Below, in pieces: positions 62,328-64,000 of a stretch of 64,000 nucleotides of DNA; within the stretch, counting starts at the first letter, position 1, and each line of letters begins with the position of its first letter. The notes below the pieces were generated by a model. It did not search any database, was not told the DNA's origin, and was given only the letters and a program-made list of their open reading frames with translations. Both the position numbers and the translations under genes were made by a program. The stretch is taken from contig JAFWCK010000126.1 in assembly GCA_017536965.1 (NCBI GenBank), positions 709-64,708 on the forward strand, read 5' to 3'. The DNA comes from Lachnospiraceae bacterium. Lineage in GTDB: Bacteria > Bacillota > Clostridia > Lachnospirales > Lachnospiraceae.

Positions 62328-62771
62328 CTAAATATGGTGGTTTTCCTCTGATTCAAGCTTTAGCTTTTTCATCTGTCTGGTTCCCAGCTCCGTTGCCTGC
62401 TTCTCAAACCAAATGTCATCATATGGTTTGGATGGTTTTTTACCCAATTTCTCACTGATCCGCCTAAACCAGTACCTAAGGGATGACGGCAATGAGACCA
62501 ATGGGATCATAAGCGGCCCATAACAGCAATTCTGGATCGCATGTCCGAATTCATGGTTTTTCAGGTTGTCTCCGGAATATTTATCCTTTAAAAAGATCAA
62601 TCCCCATTCTGCTCCGCCCCACGGCTTTTTTCCGGTCTCAAAATACCAGCTCCATCCCCATTTTTTGGGCTTATGACCGGTCAGGAGCATGATCAGTGCT
62701 ATAAACAGGCCTGCTGTAGTATACAAAAGGCCCCATGTAAATGATAAGAAATAAAATGTCTTTTTTGTCAT
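62328..62771 (-). CDS. Small membrane protein with an HExxH motif (putative Zn-metallopeptidase-like)
   Basis: 147 aa; two N-terminal TM helices; NHEFGHAIQN. Confidence 0.5.
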   Translation of the reverse strand: MTKKTFYFLSFTWGLLYTTAGLFIALIMLLTGHKPKKWGWSWYFETGKKPWGGAEWGLIFLKDKYSGDNLKNHEFGHAIQNCCYGPLMIPLVSLPSSLRYWFRRISEKLGKKPSKPYDDIWFEKQATELGTRQMKKLKLESEENHHI

Positions 62772-63286
62772 TCGGATTCTGTATGTTTTCCTGGCAGTAT
62801 TTTTTTAGGAAGGGATTTATTTACAGCAGCGATCCTGTTATCTGAAACTGTAATGATCCCATATTCTCCATTCGCAACACTTCCCGGATTAAACAGCAGC
62901 AGACCATTCTTTTTTTCTTTTAAAGGTCTATGTGTATGTCCAAATAGAACGACCCGGCAGTTTTCTAAAGCGGCGCGCTCCGCTATTTTATCCGTTCCAT
63001 ATTTTACCCCCTGTTCATAGCCATGGGTAATGTAAAAACGGACCCCATTAATCGGACGAATCAGCGTAACTTCCTCAAAGCTGTCCCTATCGCAATTTCC
63101 CTTCACCTGCATCACCTTCGGATCATCCCCGCAAATATCAATGTGAAGGTCCGTCAGGACTGCTTCCAGGTCTTTTTCTCCGTCTCCAAGGTAAATGATC
63201 ACATCTGCAAGATTTGAGATTATGATGTTTTTCAGTTTTCCAACACGCCCATGCGAATCAGAAAGTATCAGTATTTTCGTATTCAT
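62768..63286 (-). CDS. YfcE/MJ0936-family metallophosphoesterase
   Basis: ORF 62768..63349; start MNTKILILSDSHG at 63286; GDGEKD, GNCD, ITHG, LFGHTH motifs. Confidence 0.8.
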   Translation of the reverse strand: MNTKILILSDSHGRVGKLKNIIISNLADVIIYLGDGEKDLEAVLTDLHIDICGDDPKVMQVKGNCDRDSFEEVTLIRPINGVRFYITHGYEQGVKYGTDKIAERAALENCRVVLFGHTHRPLKEKKNGLLLFNPGSVANGEYGIITVSDNRIAAVNKSLPKKILPGKHTESE

Positions 63287-63340
63287 GCGAGTATTGTACA
63301 CGCGAGCAGGCGCATTCGCAAGCATCGAAAAAGAATCATA

Positions 63341-63457
63341 GCAAAGCACGCATTCGCAGACTTCGTCTGCTCATGCATTTTGCTTCGCAAAAATTCATAA
63401 CCAAAGCAAAGCTCGCATTCGCAGACTTCGTCTGCTCATGCATTTTGCTTCGCAAAA
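63341..63457. repeat. Two 52-bp direct repeats (51/52 identical, 65-bp period), each with an internal GCAGAC-TTC-GTCTGC hairpin; REP-like
   Basis: GCAAAGC[A/T]CGCATTCGCAGACTTCGTCTGCTCATGCATTTTGCTTCGCAAAA at 63341-63392 and 63406-63457; a third degenerate copy lies around 63311-63335. Confidence 0.85.
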
Positions 63458-63472
63458 TGTAATCAAAAGAAA

Positions 63473-63510
63473 AAGAAAACAGTCTCATAAATGGACTGTT
63501 TTCTTTTTCT
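63473..63510. terminator. Bidirectional terminator downstream of tRNA-Leu(UAA)
   Basis: GAAAACAGTC-N10-GGACTGTTTTC flanked by A and T runs. Confidence 0.75.
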
Positions 63511-63534
63511 TCCGATTTCGCTTTGCTCAACAAG

Positions 63535-63618
63535 TGCCGCAGATCGGAATCGAACCGATACGATGTTGCCACCACGGGATTTTAAGTCCCGCGCGTCTGC
63601 CAGTTCCGCCACTGCGGC
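63535..63618 (-). tRNA. tRNA-Leu (anticodon TAA)
   Basis: Reverse complement: GCCGCAG acceptor, GCGGAACTGGCAGACGC D-arm, CGGGA-CTTAAAA-TCCCG, long variable arm, ATCGGTTCGATTCCGAT, CTGCGGC-A. Confidence 0.9.
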
Positions 63619-63769
63619 AGTCACGTTTTTTTAACGCGATTCGTATTATATCTGAAAAGTATTGATTTTTCAAGGAAAATCGCACAAATATTGTTGTTTC
63701 TTTTTTTATCCATCCGTGCATACTTTCAGCATTGTTTCTATTAATAATGTGTAATAGAATACAGGAGAA

Positions 63770-64000
63770 ATGGCAATTCAAATTGAAACAGTAAAAACCG
63801 ATAGCTTTGACATGAAGTTCTTTCGTTTTGGGAAGGGAAAGAAGCCTTATGTCATCATTCCCGGAATTAGTATTCAAAGCGTCATGAATTCAGCAGACAC
63901 AATTGCCGAAAACTACGCTGTCATGGCCGACGAATATGAAATATATGTATTTGATCGACGGGAAGATCTGCCGGCATCTTACTCCATCCAGGAAATGGCT
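63770..64000 (+). CDS. Alpha/beta hydrolase-like protein, N-terminal 77 codons; runs off the right edge
   Basis: ATG 63770 after AGGAGA. MAIQIETVKTDSFDMKFFRFGKGKKPYVIIPGISIQSV... is open to the window end. The family guess is weak. Confidence 0.45.
   Translation, partial: MAIQIETVKTDSFDMKFFRFGKGKKPYVIIPGISIQSVMNSADTIAENYAVMADEYEIYVFDRREDLPASYSIQEMA

Overview
This window is a 64-kb chromosomal segment from a Firmicutes/Clostridia-type genome. I infer that only from gene content and synteny (ylxM-ffh-rpsP-KH-rimM-trmD, plsY, CIRCE-htpG, thrS, glnA, BMP-type nucleoside ABC transporter plus xpt); I ran no search. Most of the window is densely packed housekeeping genes, largely on the minus strand. 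I can support three tRNA genes: Thr-CGU, Leu-UAG and Leu-UAA. I can also support a THF riboswitch in front of a folT-like ECF S-component, a guanine-type riboswitch in front of xpt that seems to carry an insertion in loop L2, and a perfect CIRCE operator in front of htpG. The one clear accessory region is a 7.36-kb integrated element at 34209-41591, bounded by an exact 23-bp direct repeat that equals the first 23 nt of tRNA-Leu(UAG). It carries a tyrosine integrase, a DnaB-like helicase, a Lar-like zinc-ribbon protein, a 22-bp x 3.7 iteron origin beside a Rep-like gene, an excisionase-like gene and a divergent XRE-type repressor. I see no capsid, packaging or conjugation genes. It also holds several unexplained non-coding structures: 15 copies of the octamer GGCAGCAG, often as inverted pairs inside coding sequence; a promoter-to-terminator unit that looks like an ncRNA; a second set of about 29-bp tandem repeats; a duplicated 34-bp segment; and two overlapping small ORFs. 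I regard this satellite-like integrative replicon as the best candidate for an undescribed system. Other points worth a second look are a 730-bp AT-rich region upstream of glnA holding about 25 phased TGWCR pentamers with alternating 8/14-bp spacing, a partner-switching module (STAS, HAMP-PP2C, and a STAS/kinase-like/RsbW-like fusion) with no sigma factor nearby, a HEPN-like/CBS fusion, and a ZnuA-like binding protein coupled to a 1088-aa MacB-type ABC fusion. All functional calls come from motifs I recognise by eye and need HMM or BLAST confirmation.
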